IMG/VR virus record: IMGVR_UViG_3300008255_000461
Coordinates: 1 to 24,271 of that record
Origin: a virus
Lineage: Duplodnaviria > Caudoviricetes
Reading direction: 5' to 3' (one strand)
DNA: 24,271 nt
The translations under genes and the position numbers were made by a program. This document shows positions 7,347 through 17,200 of this stretch, piece after piece. Numbering within the stretch: position 1 is the stretch's first letter; every line of letters begins with the position of its first letter. The notes beneath the pieces are model-generated. The model had not been told where the DNA came from and did not search any database. It saw only the letters and a list, made by a program, of their open reading frames with translations.

Positions 7347-8291
7347 ATGATCCCCGATCATTTCACCATCCAATACGGCAAGAACTTTACCTCTGCCATC
7401 CAGCAATCCACCTCGCGTTTCCGCAAGGCCGCCATCGTTGAAACCGGTTGCACCGGTGAGGCGAAAACCCACAACCTCGATCTTCCCATTGAGGACAACG
7501 AATCCACCGGCGAGCGCATTGCCAAGACCGTTCTCCAGGAGATCGATACCGATAAGCGCTGGAACCGCCCGCGCAAGTTCGACCTCGCCACCCCGGACAT
7601 CCCGTTCGATGAAAAGCTCCTTGCCCCGACCATCCTTCCGGGCGGCAAGCACATCATGTCCCACCGCGCCGCCTACGAGCGCCGCTTGGACAAGGTGTTT
7701 GTCGAAGGTCTCTTCGGAACCAACTACAAGGGCAAGGATGGCGTCACCGCCGCCAACATCCCCTCCGCCAATACCATCGAGGTTGATTACGTCGCATCCG
7801 GCTCCCCTGCCGATTCCTCGCTGATCGTGGACAAGATCATCCATGCCAAGACCATCCTCCGGAACAACGAGGCATTCGGTGACGACGCCATGGCACGCGG
7901 AATCCAGCTTTGGGGCGCGATGACCCCCGGCATGGAGGAGGCGCTTCTGTTCCTCGCCAACGCCAGCAACGGCTCCGCCGCCAACCGCCTCTTCTCCCGC
8001 GACTTCATGCCGCCGGTGCTCGATGCGAACGGCAACATCTCCAGCTTCCTCGGAATCAACTGGATCCGCTCGACCCAGCTCCCCGTCGATGAGTCCGACG
8101 CCACCATCCAATTCGCCGGAATCTGGACTTCCGACGCGGTGCACCTGGACATCTGGCAGGACATCAAGACGGACGTTTCCACCCGGAACGACCTCAAGAA
8201 CATCACCCAGTTCTTCAGCCAATACGCCTTCAACGCCTGCCGCTCGCAGGACGAGAAGGTCGTGAAACTCGCCTGCAAAATCGCCAGCTAA
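7347..8291 (+). CDS. major capsid protein
   Basis: 314 aa from ATG 7347 (ACCACC-ATG context, preferred over GTG 7281). QY..NF..AIQQSTSRFR, AAYERRLDKV, SFLGINWIRS and ACRSQDEKVV match the BPP-1-like podoviral capsid pattern; follows the scaffold gene. Confidence 0.88.
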   Translation: MIPDHFTIQYGKNFTSAIQQSTSRFRKAAIVETGCTGEAKTHNLDLPIEDNESTGERIAKTVLQEIDTDKRWNRPRKFDLATPDIPFDEKLLAPTILPGGKHIMSHRAAYERRLDKVFVEGLFGTNYKGKDGVTAANIPSANTIEVDYVASGSPADSSLIVDKIIHAKTILRNNEAFGDDAMARGIQLWGAMTPGMEEALLFLANASNGSAANRLFSRDFMPPVLDANGNISSFLGINWIRSTQLPVDESDATIQFAGIWTSDAVHLDIWQDIKTDVSTRNDLKNITQFFSQYAFNACRSQDEKVVKLACKIAS

Positions 8292-8300
8292 CAATCAACA

Positions 8301-8326
8301 GGGGGGCGGGTGAAAGCCCGCTCCCC
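8301..8326 (+). other. GC-rich stem-loop after the capsid gene, no U tract
   Basis: GGGGGGCGGGT-GAAA-GCCCGCTCCCC; possible mRNA-stabilising or pause hairpin. Confidence 0.6.
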
Positions 8327-8349
8327 GACTTCCCAAAAGAACCAAGACC

Positions 8350-8811
8350 ATGCCAAACTTCAAATCCGACCTAGTCACCGCCCGCGAATCCCTGAACTAC
8401 TCCGACAAGGCTGCCGTTGACGGCATCCGCACCGGAGCCGGGATACTGCTGGCCACCGCCACCATCACCCTCGCAGGAACCGAAGCCGCAGCCGACACCC
8501 TGCAACTTCTCGACCTTCCTCCGGGTTGCGAAATCGTCCCTCAACTGTCGCATGTCACATGCTCGGCTGATCCGGGAACCACCCTCACCCTCGACATCGG
8601 GGATGCCGCCAATGCCGACGCTTACGCCGACGGCATTGTCCTCTCCGCCGGCGGTCAGGTGGGATTCTGTTCCGCAACCATTCCAGCCGCCATGGCTGCA
8701 CCGGTTCTCACCACGGAACTCACCCGCATCTTTGCGACCGTCGCCAGCGCTGACACGCTTACGGCTGCCGTGAAGCTGATCTTCACCATCGCCTACCGCA
8801 TCAAAGGCTAA
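8350..8811 (+). CDS. putative capsid decoration/cement protein
   Basis: 153 aa, beta-rich (LQLLDLPPGCEI, TLTLDIGD, KLIFTIAY), directly after the major capsid gene and before the same terminator. Confidence 0.65.
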   Translation: MPNFKSDLVTARESLNYSDKAAVDGIRTGAGILLATATITLAGTEAAADTLQLLDLPPGCEIVPQLSHVTCSADPGTTLTLDIGDAANADAYADGIVLSAGGQVGFCSATIPAAMAAPVLTTELTRIFATVASADTLTAAVKLIFTIAYRIKG

Positions 8812-8838
8812 CCGATCTCCTGGGTTACATTCGGTTGG

Positions 8839-8879
8839 CAGCCCTCGTCCGGATCCGTCGGGGCGGGGGCTGTTTTTTT
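8839..8879 (+). terminator. intrinsic terminator ending the capsid transcript
   Basis: 12-bp stem CAGCCCTCGTCC/GGGCGGGGGCTG (two G-T pairs) followed by T7 at 8873-8879. Confidence 0.85.
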
Positions 8880-8896
8880 GAAACCCATTCACCACC

Positions 8897-9550
8897 ATGC
8901 CACTCACAAGCAAGACCGACATTTGCAACCTCGCCCTCGCCGAGCTGGGCGCACGGCGCATCTCCTCATACGAGAGTGATACCACGGTCGAGGCCAAGGC
9001 CTGCCGCCTGCACCTCGATCATGTCATCGACACCCTGCTTGAGCGGCACCAGTGGAACCACGCGACCAAGGCCGCGAACCTTTCCAAACTCCTCACCGTC
9101 CCGAACGCCGAATGGACGGAAGCCTACCAGCTCCCGGGAGACTTCATCCGCCTGATCCGCGTTTCCGTCGGCACCGCCCTGAACTCGCTCCAGAACTTCG
9201 CCCTCGAAGGCCGGAACATCCTCACAATCGGATCGGGCGACACCCTGCCCATCCTCTACGTCTCCAACGACATCCCCGTCGCGCAGTGGTCCCCGCTGTT
9301 CATCGATGCAGTCGTTTACAAGCTCGCCGCCAAGATCGCGGGTGACGTCACCCAAAACCCATCCCTCGCCGATTCCGCGCTCAACAAGCTCGAATCCCTC
9401 GCCCTCCCCGTCGCGCAGACCGCCGACGCCAGGCAGACCCTTTCCGGCGAGAACTTCACCCCGGCACACATGGCCTCACAGTCCAGCCTTGTCGCCGCCC
9501 GCTTCAACACCGGCGGCATCGCCTCCTACGCACCGACACCGCCCCCATGA
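8897..9550 (+). CDS. tail tubular protein A / head-tail adaptor (T7 gp11-like)
   Basis: DICNLALAELG..I, HQWNHA, YQLPGDFIR and LFIDAVVYKLAAKIA motifs; synteny. Confidence 0.85.
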   Translation: MPLTSKTDICNLALAELGARRISSYESDTTVEAKACRLHLDHVIDTLLERHQWNHATKAANLSKLLTVPNAEWTEAYQLPGDFIRLIRVSVGTALNSLQNFALEGRNILTIGSGDTLPILYVSNDIPVAQWSPLFIDAVVYKLAAKIAGDVTQNPSLADSALNKLESLALPVAQTADARQTLSGENFTPAHMASQSSLVAARFNTGGIASYAPTPPP

Positions 9551-11829
9551 TGCACTCCATCACGCTTTCTTTCAACGGCGGGGAAGTCACCCCGTATCTC
9601 TCCTATCTCACGAACTTCGTGAAACACGCGAGTTCATGCTCTCTCATGGAGAACTTCCTCCCCATGCCGTTCGGGGGATTCCGGAAACGTCCCGGCACCC
9701 TATGGCTCACGGAACTTCCCGACAACCCGCGCATCGAGGTTTTCACTTTCTCCGACGGCACCAGCAATGTCTTCGTCTTCCATGCAGCCGGGATCATCAT
9801 CCTCGCCACCGACGGCGATGAGATCGACACCATTGCGAAAACGATCCCGGATCCATTCCGCCTCCAGTTCTCCCAGATCAACGACATCATCGACATCGTT
9901 TCCCCGGACTTCCACCCCTGCCGCGTATCCTCCGCCGATGGCATCACCTGGACGCTGGACGAAACCGTCTTCGATTACCCGCCCCTCCTGGACGAGAACA
10001 CGGACGAAACCCACACCCTCGCCGTCCCCGGATCCGGCACCGTAGCCCCGGCAGCGTCCTTCACCCTCACATCCTCCGCTTCCCTTTTCGAAGCAGGCCA
10101 TGTCGGCGCAATTTTCAAGATCGCCAAGAAACGCCCTGCGGACGATTACGAGCGATCGCTCAAAGCCATCAACGCCACCACCAGCACAGCCCTCGAAGTG
10201 ACCGGCCTGGCGTATTTCTCCACCTCCTCGACATCCGGAGGATGGACAGGCGACTTCACCGTCCAGAAAAGCCCCGACGGAACCACCTGGACGGACGAGC
10301 GGGTATTCACGGCAGCGGGCGACCGCAATATCCCCGTCACCGAGATCGATGTTGGCAGCGGCTTCACGTTCCTACGCATCAAATACGACGGAACCACCGC
10401 CACCGCATCACGCGGCATCCTCGCCGCCGCCAGCGCTTTCGTTTCCGGACTCGCCAGGATCACCGCCGTTGCTTCCGGGACATCCGCCACAGCAACCGCC
10501 CTCACCCGGCTTCCTGTCACCACAACGAGCTACTGGACGGAGGGAGCGTTTTCCACCCACCAGGGATTCCCCCTCGCCATCGCCCTGCACGACCGGCGCC
10601 GGGTCTTCGCCGGGACAGCCCTCCGCCCCATGTCGATCTGGGCATCCGCAAACGACGACCTCAACAACTTCCTCCAAGGCACCGCCGCCGACGAAGGATT
10701 TTACCGCACCCTTGCCGCCACCAGGCAATCCCCGATCCGATGGCTCGCCTCCCAACGCCGCTTGTTCGTGGGAACAGTGGAAGGGGAATGGGTGATCGGT
10801 GCCGACACCGACAGCCCGATTTCCCCGGAAAGTTTCCTCGCCCGGGAATACACCCGCTTCGGCTCGAACACCGTCCCGGCCATCCCTGTCAATGATTCCA
10901 TCTACTTCATCGAAAGGCAGGGCCTCCGCCTCCGCGAGCTCGCCTACGTCCTCGAGCGCGAATCCTTCGACGCCGCAGACCTCACCCGGCTTGCGGAGCA
11001 TATCGCCGTTTCCGGCATCACCCAGATGGCCTTCCAGCACTCCCGCGAGCCGTTCCTCTGGGTCTGCACCAATTCCGGAACGCTCCTCGCCTTCGCCTAC
11101 AACCGCCGCGAGGACATCGCCGGATGGAGCAGGCACACCACCCTTTCCGGAAAATTCACCTCCGTTGCCGTCCTCCGCAACGATTCCGACGACGACGACG
11201 TTTTCCTCGCCGTCCGCCGCATCCCCGAGGGAGGGGACGAGGGAGACTCCGTTTTCCACCTGGAGAAATTCGCACCCTCCCAGCAGCGCATCCTTGAGGA
11301 AGGGGACTTCGACGGAATGCACTATGTGGATTCCGGAGTGAATGCAGCCACCTCCGGAGGGGACAACACCCTCACCGTCCCCGATCACCTCGAAGGGGCG
11401 CAGCTCAATGTCCTCGCCAACGGCATATCCTACGAGCGCTTTGTCCTCACCTCCGCCTTCGATCTCCCCGTGGCCTGCAGCAACGCACACGCCGGCCTCC
11501 CCGTCACATCCATCCTCACCACCCTCCCGCTGGATGTTCAGGTCGAGAACGGAACGTCCCACAGCCGCAGGAAACGGGCGCAGGAACTCAAATTGAACGT
11601 CTTCCAATCCTTCGGAGGCTCCTACACCTACGACAGCCAGACGGAAGTCATCAACTACACCACCACCGGCGACAACACCGACGACTCCCCCACCCTCCGC
11701 ACCGCCTGGATTCCCACCATCCTCCCGCCCGCGCACATGGAAGACCTCACATTTTCCATCCGGCACACCGAGCCTTATCCGTTCCTCTGCCGCGCCGCCA
11801 TCGTTTCCTGGACTCTCCATGAGCCATGA
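9547..11829 (+). CDS. tail tubular protein B / nozzle (T7 gp12, P22 gp10-like)
   Basis: SFNGGEVTP, NFLPMPFGGFRKRPG, GFP.....HDRRRVFAG, GWSRH and YVDSG motifs; 760 aa; follows the adaptor gene. Confidence 0.88.
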   Translation: MMHSITLSFNGGEVTPYLSYLTNFVKHASSCSLMENFLPMPFGGFRKRPGTLWLTELPDNPRIEVFTFSDGTSNVFVFHAAGIIILATDGDEIDTIAKTIPDPFRLQFSQINDIIDIVSPDFHPCRVSSADGITWTLDETVFDYPPLLDENTDETHTLAVPGSGTVAPAASFTLTSSASLFEAGHVGAIFKIAKKRPADDYERSLKAINATTSTALEVTGLAYFSTSSTSGGWTGDFTVQKSPDGTTWTDERVFTAAGDRNIPVTEIDVGSGFTFLRIKYDGTTATASRGILAAASAFVSGLARITAVASGTSATATALTRLPVTTTSYWTEGAFSTHQGFPLAIALHDRRRVFAGTALRPMSIWASANDDLNNFLQGTAADEGFYRTLAATRQSPIRWLASQRRLFVGTVEGEWVIGADTDSPISPESFLAREYTRFGSNTVPAIPVNDSIYFIERQGLRLRELAYVLERESFDAADLTRLAEHIAVSGITQMAFQHSREPFLWVCTNSGTLLAFAYNRREDIAGWSRHTTLSGKFTSVAVLRNDSDDDDVFLAVRRIPEGGDEGDSVFHLEKFAPSQQRILEEGDFDGMHYVDSGVNAATSGGDNTLTVPDHLEGAQLNVLANGISYERFVLTSAFDLPVACSNAHAGLPVTSILTTLPLDVQVENGTSHSRRKRAQELKLNVFQSFGGSYTYDSQTEVINYTTTGDNTDDSPTLRTAWIPTILPPAHMEDLTFSIRHTEPYPFLCRAAIVSWTLHEP

Positions 11830-12317
11830 TCACCCTCCGCACCATTGCAATCGATCCGCACGACGGCCGCATCACCGCCGCGGACTATGCCCTTGTCGAA
11901 AAATGGTGGAAATCCCGCGCCTCCGAGGCACCGCCCCGCAACGTCCTGCCCACCCTTGGCGTGATTTCCTCCCATCGTGATACGCCGATGGCAGCGGTTT
12001 TCGCCTACCTCGATGCCACCGGATCCGGCATTGCCCTCCCTGCATGGCACATCACCGACCCAAACGCACATCCTCGCCATGCAGGCCGATCGCTCAAAAA
12101 GGCCATCGACTTCCTGCATGCTGAATGCGCCCGCCTGAATTATTGGCTCGCCTGGACGACCGTAGCGAATCCATCCCTCATCTCCTACCTGGAGGTAACC
12201 GGTTACCAAGCCGCCGAGTCCGGGCTCACCCATCTCTTCCGTCCTTTGCCACCCCTTAAACCGGACACCGCCCCGGAAACAGCCCATCCTTCGCATCCAT
12301 GGGAGCCGGTATCCTAG
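11826..12317 (+). CDS. hypothetical protein, possible GNAT-like fold (position of T7 gp13)
   Basis: ATGA coupling; beta-rich core followed by AGRSLKKAIDFL...YLEVTGY, resembling acetyltransferase-like proteins found at this locus. Confidence 0.6.
   Translation: MITLRTIAIDPHDGRITAADYALVEKWWKSRASEAPPRNVLPTLGVISSHRDTPMAAVFAYLDATGSGIALPAWHITDPNAHPRHAGRSLKKAIDFLHAECARLNYWLAWTTVANPSLISYLEVTGYQAAESGLTHLFRPLPPLKPDTAPETAHPSHPWEPVS
12246..12260 (+). promoter_or_regulatory. 15-bp box TTGCCACCCCTTAAA, copy 3 (inside the 3' end of the upstream CDS)
   Basis: Exact copy. CATCCT at 12285-12290 follows after 24 bp; ATG at 12299. Confidence 0.7.
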
Positions 12318-12790
12318 CATTCGCATCACTCGCCACCACCCTTGTCTCCACAGGCGTGGCTATCTACGGCCAGAACCAGCAGGCGAAAAGCGCAGTCGAG
12401 GCCGCGAAATACAACAATCAGCTCGCCCAGGCCGAAGCCACCAACCTCGCCAACGAATCCCGGGAAGCACAGACCCGCGAGCGCCAGCAGAACCGGCAGC
12501 AGATGGCACGGCTCCGCCTTTCCCTCGGCCAGCAGGGAACCCAGAACAGCAGCGGGACACCCCTCGCCATCATCGGCGAATCCCAGCAGAACCTTTCCCT
12601 TGGCATCGCAGACGCCGCCCGCCGAACCGACATGCAGACCGCAGCCCTCCGCGCACGCGGCCAGATGGGGCTTTGGGAGGCCGACCAGTTCAAGCGGGCA
12701 TCCAAGCTCCAGATGATCGGAACCGCCATCGGTGGAGTCTCCTCCGCCGTGCAGGGATACGGACAATTCAAATACACCGGAGCCCTATAA
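12299..12790 (+). CDS. internal virion protein (T7 gp14-like)
   Basis: Hydrophobic N-terminus, Gln/Ala-rich helical middle, SGTPL motif and Gly-rich C-terminus; synteny. Confidence 0.75.
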   Translation: MGAGILAFASLATTLVSTGVAIYGQNQQAKSAVEAAKYNNQLAQAEATNLANESREAQTRERQQNRQQMARLRLSLGQQGTQNSSGTPLAIIGESQQNLSLGIADAARRTDMQTAALRARGQMGLWEADQFKRASKLQMIGTAIGGVSSAVQGYGQFKYTGAL

Positions 12791-14250
12791 TGCCCGTCCA
12801 AGTCGCACAGATCCCAAATTTCCAGAGTCAGGCAATCAACGCCCCCGCCATGTCCGGGCGCGATCCCGGGGCGCAAGCCCTCGGCAGCCTCGCCCAATCC
12901 ATCGCCGGAGTCTCCGAGGCCTTCGCCGGACAAGCCCAACGAATCCAGAAAGTGGAAAACGCCCGCATCATCTCCGAAAACCGCAACAGGCTCTCCGAGG
13001 AATACGCGAACTTCCAGATCGAGAACCAGAAGGAAACCGATCCGGAGAAGCGCATGGCCGCCACCATGACCTTCCTCAAGAAGCAGCAGCAGACCCTCGA
13101 CCAGCCGGGATATTCCCCCTACGTCCGCGACGCCCTCACCGGCCACTTCGACAACTTCGCCAACTCCGCCCGAATCCGCTCCGTTGAGGACGCCGCCAAC
13201 CTCACAGTCAAACGCGCAGGCCTTTCCCTCTCAAACGAGATCGAGGAAGCCAAGCGCACCGGTGACCGCAGCCTGTTCGAAGCCGCCAAGGCCACCGGAC
13301 GCGAGGCCGGGATACTCCTCCCCGAGCAGGAGCAGGCGCTGGACATGGATTTCGACCGCAACATCCAGTTCCAATCCGCCCGTATGCAAGCGGAGGACTC
13401 CCCTCTCGATGCCATCGAGGCGCTTGAATCCGAATCTTTCCTCACCACCAACCCCGGCCTCTACCCGGAAGACCAGGACAAGCTCATCCGCTACGCAAAG
13501 CAGCAGATCGAAGTGAAGCGCGGCGACGAGATCGACCTCCTCGAGAATGCCCTCGCCGAGGGGAAACTCGGATTCCCCGACATCAAGGCCGCCGAATTCC
13601 TCTCCCCGAAAGATCGCCGCGCCATCGCCTCCTCCCTCAAGAAAACCGAGCAGGACACACCAATCTCCCAGCAGGAATACCTGAATGCGTGGAAAGTCGC
13701 CGATACCCTCCGCGCTGCCCGGAATGATCCCAAGGTATCCGATGATTCCTACCGCCTCATCCACAACGAAGCGCGCACCGACATCCTCAACCGCGTTCCC
13801 CCGTCCCTACAGGGCGATTTGAAAAAGGAACTCGGATACCTCTCCCCAGCAGGCCGCGACACCTCCCAGCCGGTGAAAGCCTCAGACCGCACGGAACTGG
13901 AATCCATCGCCCGCGCCCAGATTTCCCGCGCCCACGATGCCGGGATGTATGGCGACGTATCCAAGGAATCACCCTTCGAGACCCGCGAGAAAGCCGCCCG
14001 CAAGGCCGAAGACCTCCGCCTCCATGTGAAACGCTTCATCGAATCCCGTAACCCTCCGCCGGATCCAGCCGAAATCCGATCCTACGTGGACACTCTCAAC
14101 GGGACAGCGATCGATGGCGACACCCCGCTCATCCCCGCAATCCCGGCGCCGTTCTCCATCGGCTCCGAAATCGACAGCCTTCTCGCCCCTCTCCCCGGAC
14201 TACCTCCCGGCGCGGGCGCAGCAACCGACCTCATACTTCCGCCGAAATGA
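12790..14250 (+). CDS. internal virion/ejection protein (486 aa)
   Basis: Start reassigned to ATG 12790 (TAATG coupling) rather than 12673. Helical protein lying between the gp14-like gene and the giant gene. Confidence 0.7.
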   Translation: MPVQVAQIPNFQSQAINAPAMSGRDPGAQALGSLAQSIAGVSEAFAGQAQRIQKVENARIISENRNRLSEEYANFQIENQKETDPEKRMAATMTFLKKQQQTLDQPGYSPYVRDALTGHFDNFANSARIRSVEDAANLTVKRAGLSLSNEIEEAKRTGDRSLFEAAKATGREAGILLPEQEQALDMDFDRNIQFQSARMQAEDSPLDAIEALESESFLTTNPGLYPEDQDKLIRYAKQQIEVKRGDEIDLLENALAEGKLGFPDIKAAEFLSPKDRRAIASSLKKTEQDTPISQQEYLNAWKVADTLRAARNDPKVSDDSYRLIHNEARTDILNRVPPSLQGDLKKELGYLSPAGRDTSQPVKASDRTELESIARAQISRAHDAGMYGDVSKESPFETREKAARKAEDLRLHVKRFIESRNPPPDPAEIRSYVDTLNGTAIDGDTPLIPAIPAPFSIGSEIDSLLAPLPGLPPGAGAATDLILPPK

Positions 14251-17200
14251 CGCCCACCGACCTCGACATCGCCCTCGGAGACCTCACCACCATCCCGGAG
14301 GAAACCGCATGGGGAGCCTTCCAGACCCTCAAAGCCGCGCGCACCGATCCCGCGCTCGCCGCCGATCCGAACCTCTCCAAGAACCGCGAGGCGCTGCAGT
14401 CCTACGTCACCGAACGCCGCTCCAACGGCCACGAACTTTTCCCCAACGTCACCGCCGCCGCCAACCGCCAGCGCAACGACACCCTCGCCGCGCTCTACAC
14501 CAAGCCCTTGGAAGAAGCCCTCCCCGGCGCATCCTTCTCCGAGATTGAGCGCCGCGCCGCCTTTACGGCCGATCCGGAGGAATTCAAACAGCGCCAGGTC
14601 AACCGTTCCTTCCTCTCCGCAACCCTTGGCCGCAACATCACCGCCGAGGAATACCCCTTCATCCGCCAGATTTACGCCAAGCAGCACCTAGGACTGGACA
14701 AGGACACATCGGAAAAAGCCGTGTTCTCCGCCCTCCAGACCCGTTTCACCGAGGAGGCCACCTCACAGAAGACCCTCACCGCCCTCGCCAAGCAGGCTTT
14801 CACCGAGACGCTTGAGGGGAAACCACGCACCGCGCCCGATCTCTCCGCCATCCCTCCCCGCCTGCGCGAGAACGTCGCCGCCGAAATCTCCCGCACCCAG
14901 CGCGAGGCAGCACGCCAAAAGCGCCAGCTTCGCCCCACGGTCGACACCATCACCAAGGAACTCTCCACCTTCGCCAAGGAACTCGAGGGGGCACCCGCCG
15001 AACTGGAATTGACTTTCCCATTCGAAAAGGTCGCCTCCGCCCTTCCCCGCGATCCGAAGCAAAAGCAGCTCGCCCTCGCCCTGGTGGCCATGGAGATCAG
15101 GAACCTCCCGGATTTCCAGAAAGGCGGTGCACAGCGCTTCCAGGATTCCGTCATACGCGGATTGTTCAACGCAGGAATCTCTGCCGTCTCCCTCCCGCTG
15201 GAAATCGGCGCAAAACTCCGCGCCGCTCTCCCCGCCGGACAGGAATTCAAACGAACGGCACAGGACAACGAGACCATCCGCCGCGATGCCCAGACCCTCC
15301 GCCGCATGCTCATCGGCGAGATTGATCCAGCCGTGAAAGCCACCGATGGCCTTGTTACCAAATCCCTCATCCTCGCAGGCGGCAGCGCATGGACACTCCC
15401 CGCCGTCGCCGCTGGTCCCGCAGGATGGGCTGCCATGGCATCCGCTTTCGGTGGGGATTCCTACCAGCAGGCACGCGAGGAAAACCCGGATGCCTCGCGC
15501 GACGCACAGCTTTTCGCCGCAGCCGCTTCCGGCGTGGTGCAGGCAGGCGCGGAAACCGTCCTCACCAAGGTAGGCTTCAAAGTGGTGGGCGGGAAAATCC
15601 CCGGCCTCGCCGGCATCCTCAACAAATCCGGCGTCCTCAATCCCCTTGCACGCGGCACCATCGCCGCCGCCGCCGGTGGCGCGACCATCACCGCCACGGA
15701 ATACACCGAGGAAGCCCTCCAGGGAGCCACCGACCGCCTCGCCCAGGATCTCGCCTTGGAGTTTTCCAACATCGCCCCAAGCACCGATTGGAAACAGTTT
15801 TGGGGGAAATGGCTCACAGTCGGCGGGCAGGAACAGCGCGACACCCTCCTCGCCATCATGCCCTTCGCCGTCGTCGGCGCTGGCGGGGGATCGATGGGAC
15901 ATTTCAAATACGGCTCCCACCTCGCCCGCAACCGCGCCCTCCTCGATGCCGTCGGCGTCCCGGAAGCCAAGATCCGGGAAATTGTCCGCTCCACCGACGT
16001 GGAGAAAACCGACTCCCTCATCAAGGAAGCCTTCGCCGAGGGGCTGGAAGCCCGCACCGCCGAGCAGAAAGCCGCAGCCCGCGAAACCCTACGGGAACAG
16101 AACCGCCTCATCACCGCCGCCGGCCTCCCCCGCATCACCAAGGAGAGCGAATACACATTCACCTTCACCGATCCGGTTTCCGGGGAATCCTCCGAATTCG
16201 AGACCGAGGAGGAAGCCCTCGCCCACTGGCGCGACGCCGCCCTCCAGCAGAACGAAGCCGCGCTCGAAACCATCGCCAACGCCGCCCGGGAAGGCTCGCT
16301 CGATTTCCTCACAGCCGAGGGCAAGGTATCAAATGATACCCGCGTGCAGGAAACCGACGTGGTGATGTCCTTCCCCCGCGCCGTAAAAGAGGGGATCATC
16401 ACCCGCGAGCAGTTGGAAGCCCGCCTCCAATCCTTCATCCTCCAGGAAGGCATGAGCGCCGCCGACGCAGTGAACGCCACGGAATCCCTTGTAATCCGCG
16501 CCCGCTCCTACACCGAGGCCACCCGCGACGGCCAACTCCGCTACACCGTCCAGCTTTTCAAGGGAGCCGACGCCCTCAACATCTTCGAGGACTTCGCCGA
16601 GGATGCCATGAAACGCGCCATTTCCGCCGGCATCGCCGACCCCCTCACCATCCTCGCCGACCTCCGCGACTACCAGACCGCCACCGGGGACACCATCCTC
16701 CCCGCCGGATACGAATACGACCCGGACAACGCCATACCGCTCATCGAGGCCTTTTCCGCCCTCGCCCGCGCCCAGGTCATCGGCAACGTCTCCACCGATT
16801 CCATCCCCCGCAGCGTAGGCCAATGGCTGGAAACCATCACCACCTACGGCGAGCACACCCTCGCCACCGCCAAGGACATCGCCCGCGGCTACGCGCCCGA
16901 CCTCCAGCGCACCGCCACCCTCCGCGAAGCCATCGGCAAAGGCACCCTCCCGCCCCGCCTCCTCGATCTCATCAACGATTCCATCGGCATCAACGAGAAA
17001 GAGACCTTCCGCCGCATGGAGAAAGCCTACGAGGAACAGCTCATGGCCGAGGCCATGGGAGGTTTCCCGGAAATCCAAGCCGAACTCCAAGGCCGCATCC
17101 CCCACCCGCAGACCCTCCGCGACAACCAGCACCCCCTCGCCGGGGAAGTCCGCCGCATTTGGGAGTCCATGAAAAAGCCCACCCGCCGCCGCGATTCCCA

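Noticed and set aside
8878-8892. Degenerate fifth box (TTGAAACCCATTCAC)
   Set aside because: Only 10/15 matches and 4 nt from the ATG, unlike the 35-38 nt spacing of the true copies.
10408-11820. Long antisense and alternate-frame ORFs (also 7329-8294, 14763-15920, 16329-17531, 19890-21107, 20906-22411)
   Set aside because: These are shadows of the strong C-ending codon bias of the real + strand genes; the translations are low-complexity (G/E/V- or R/P-rich) with no recognisable motifs.
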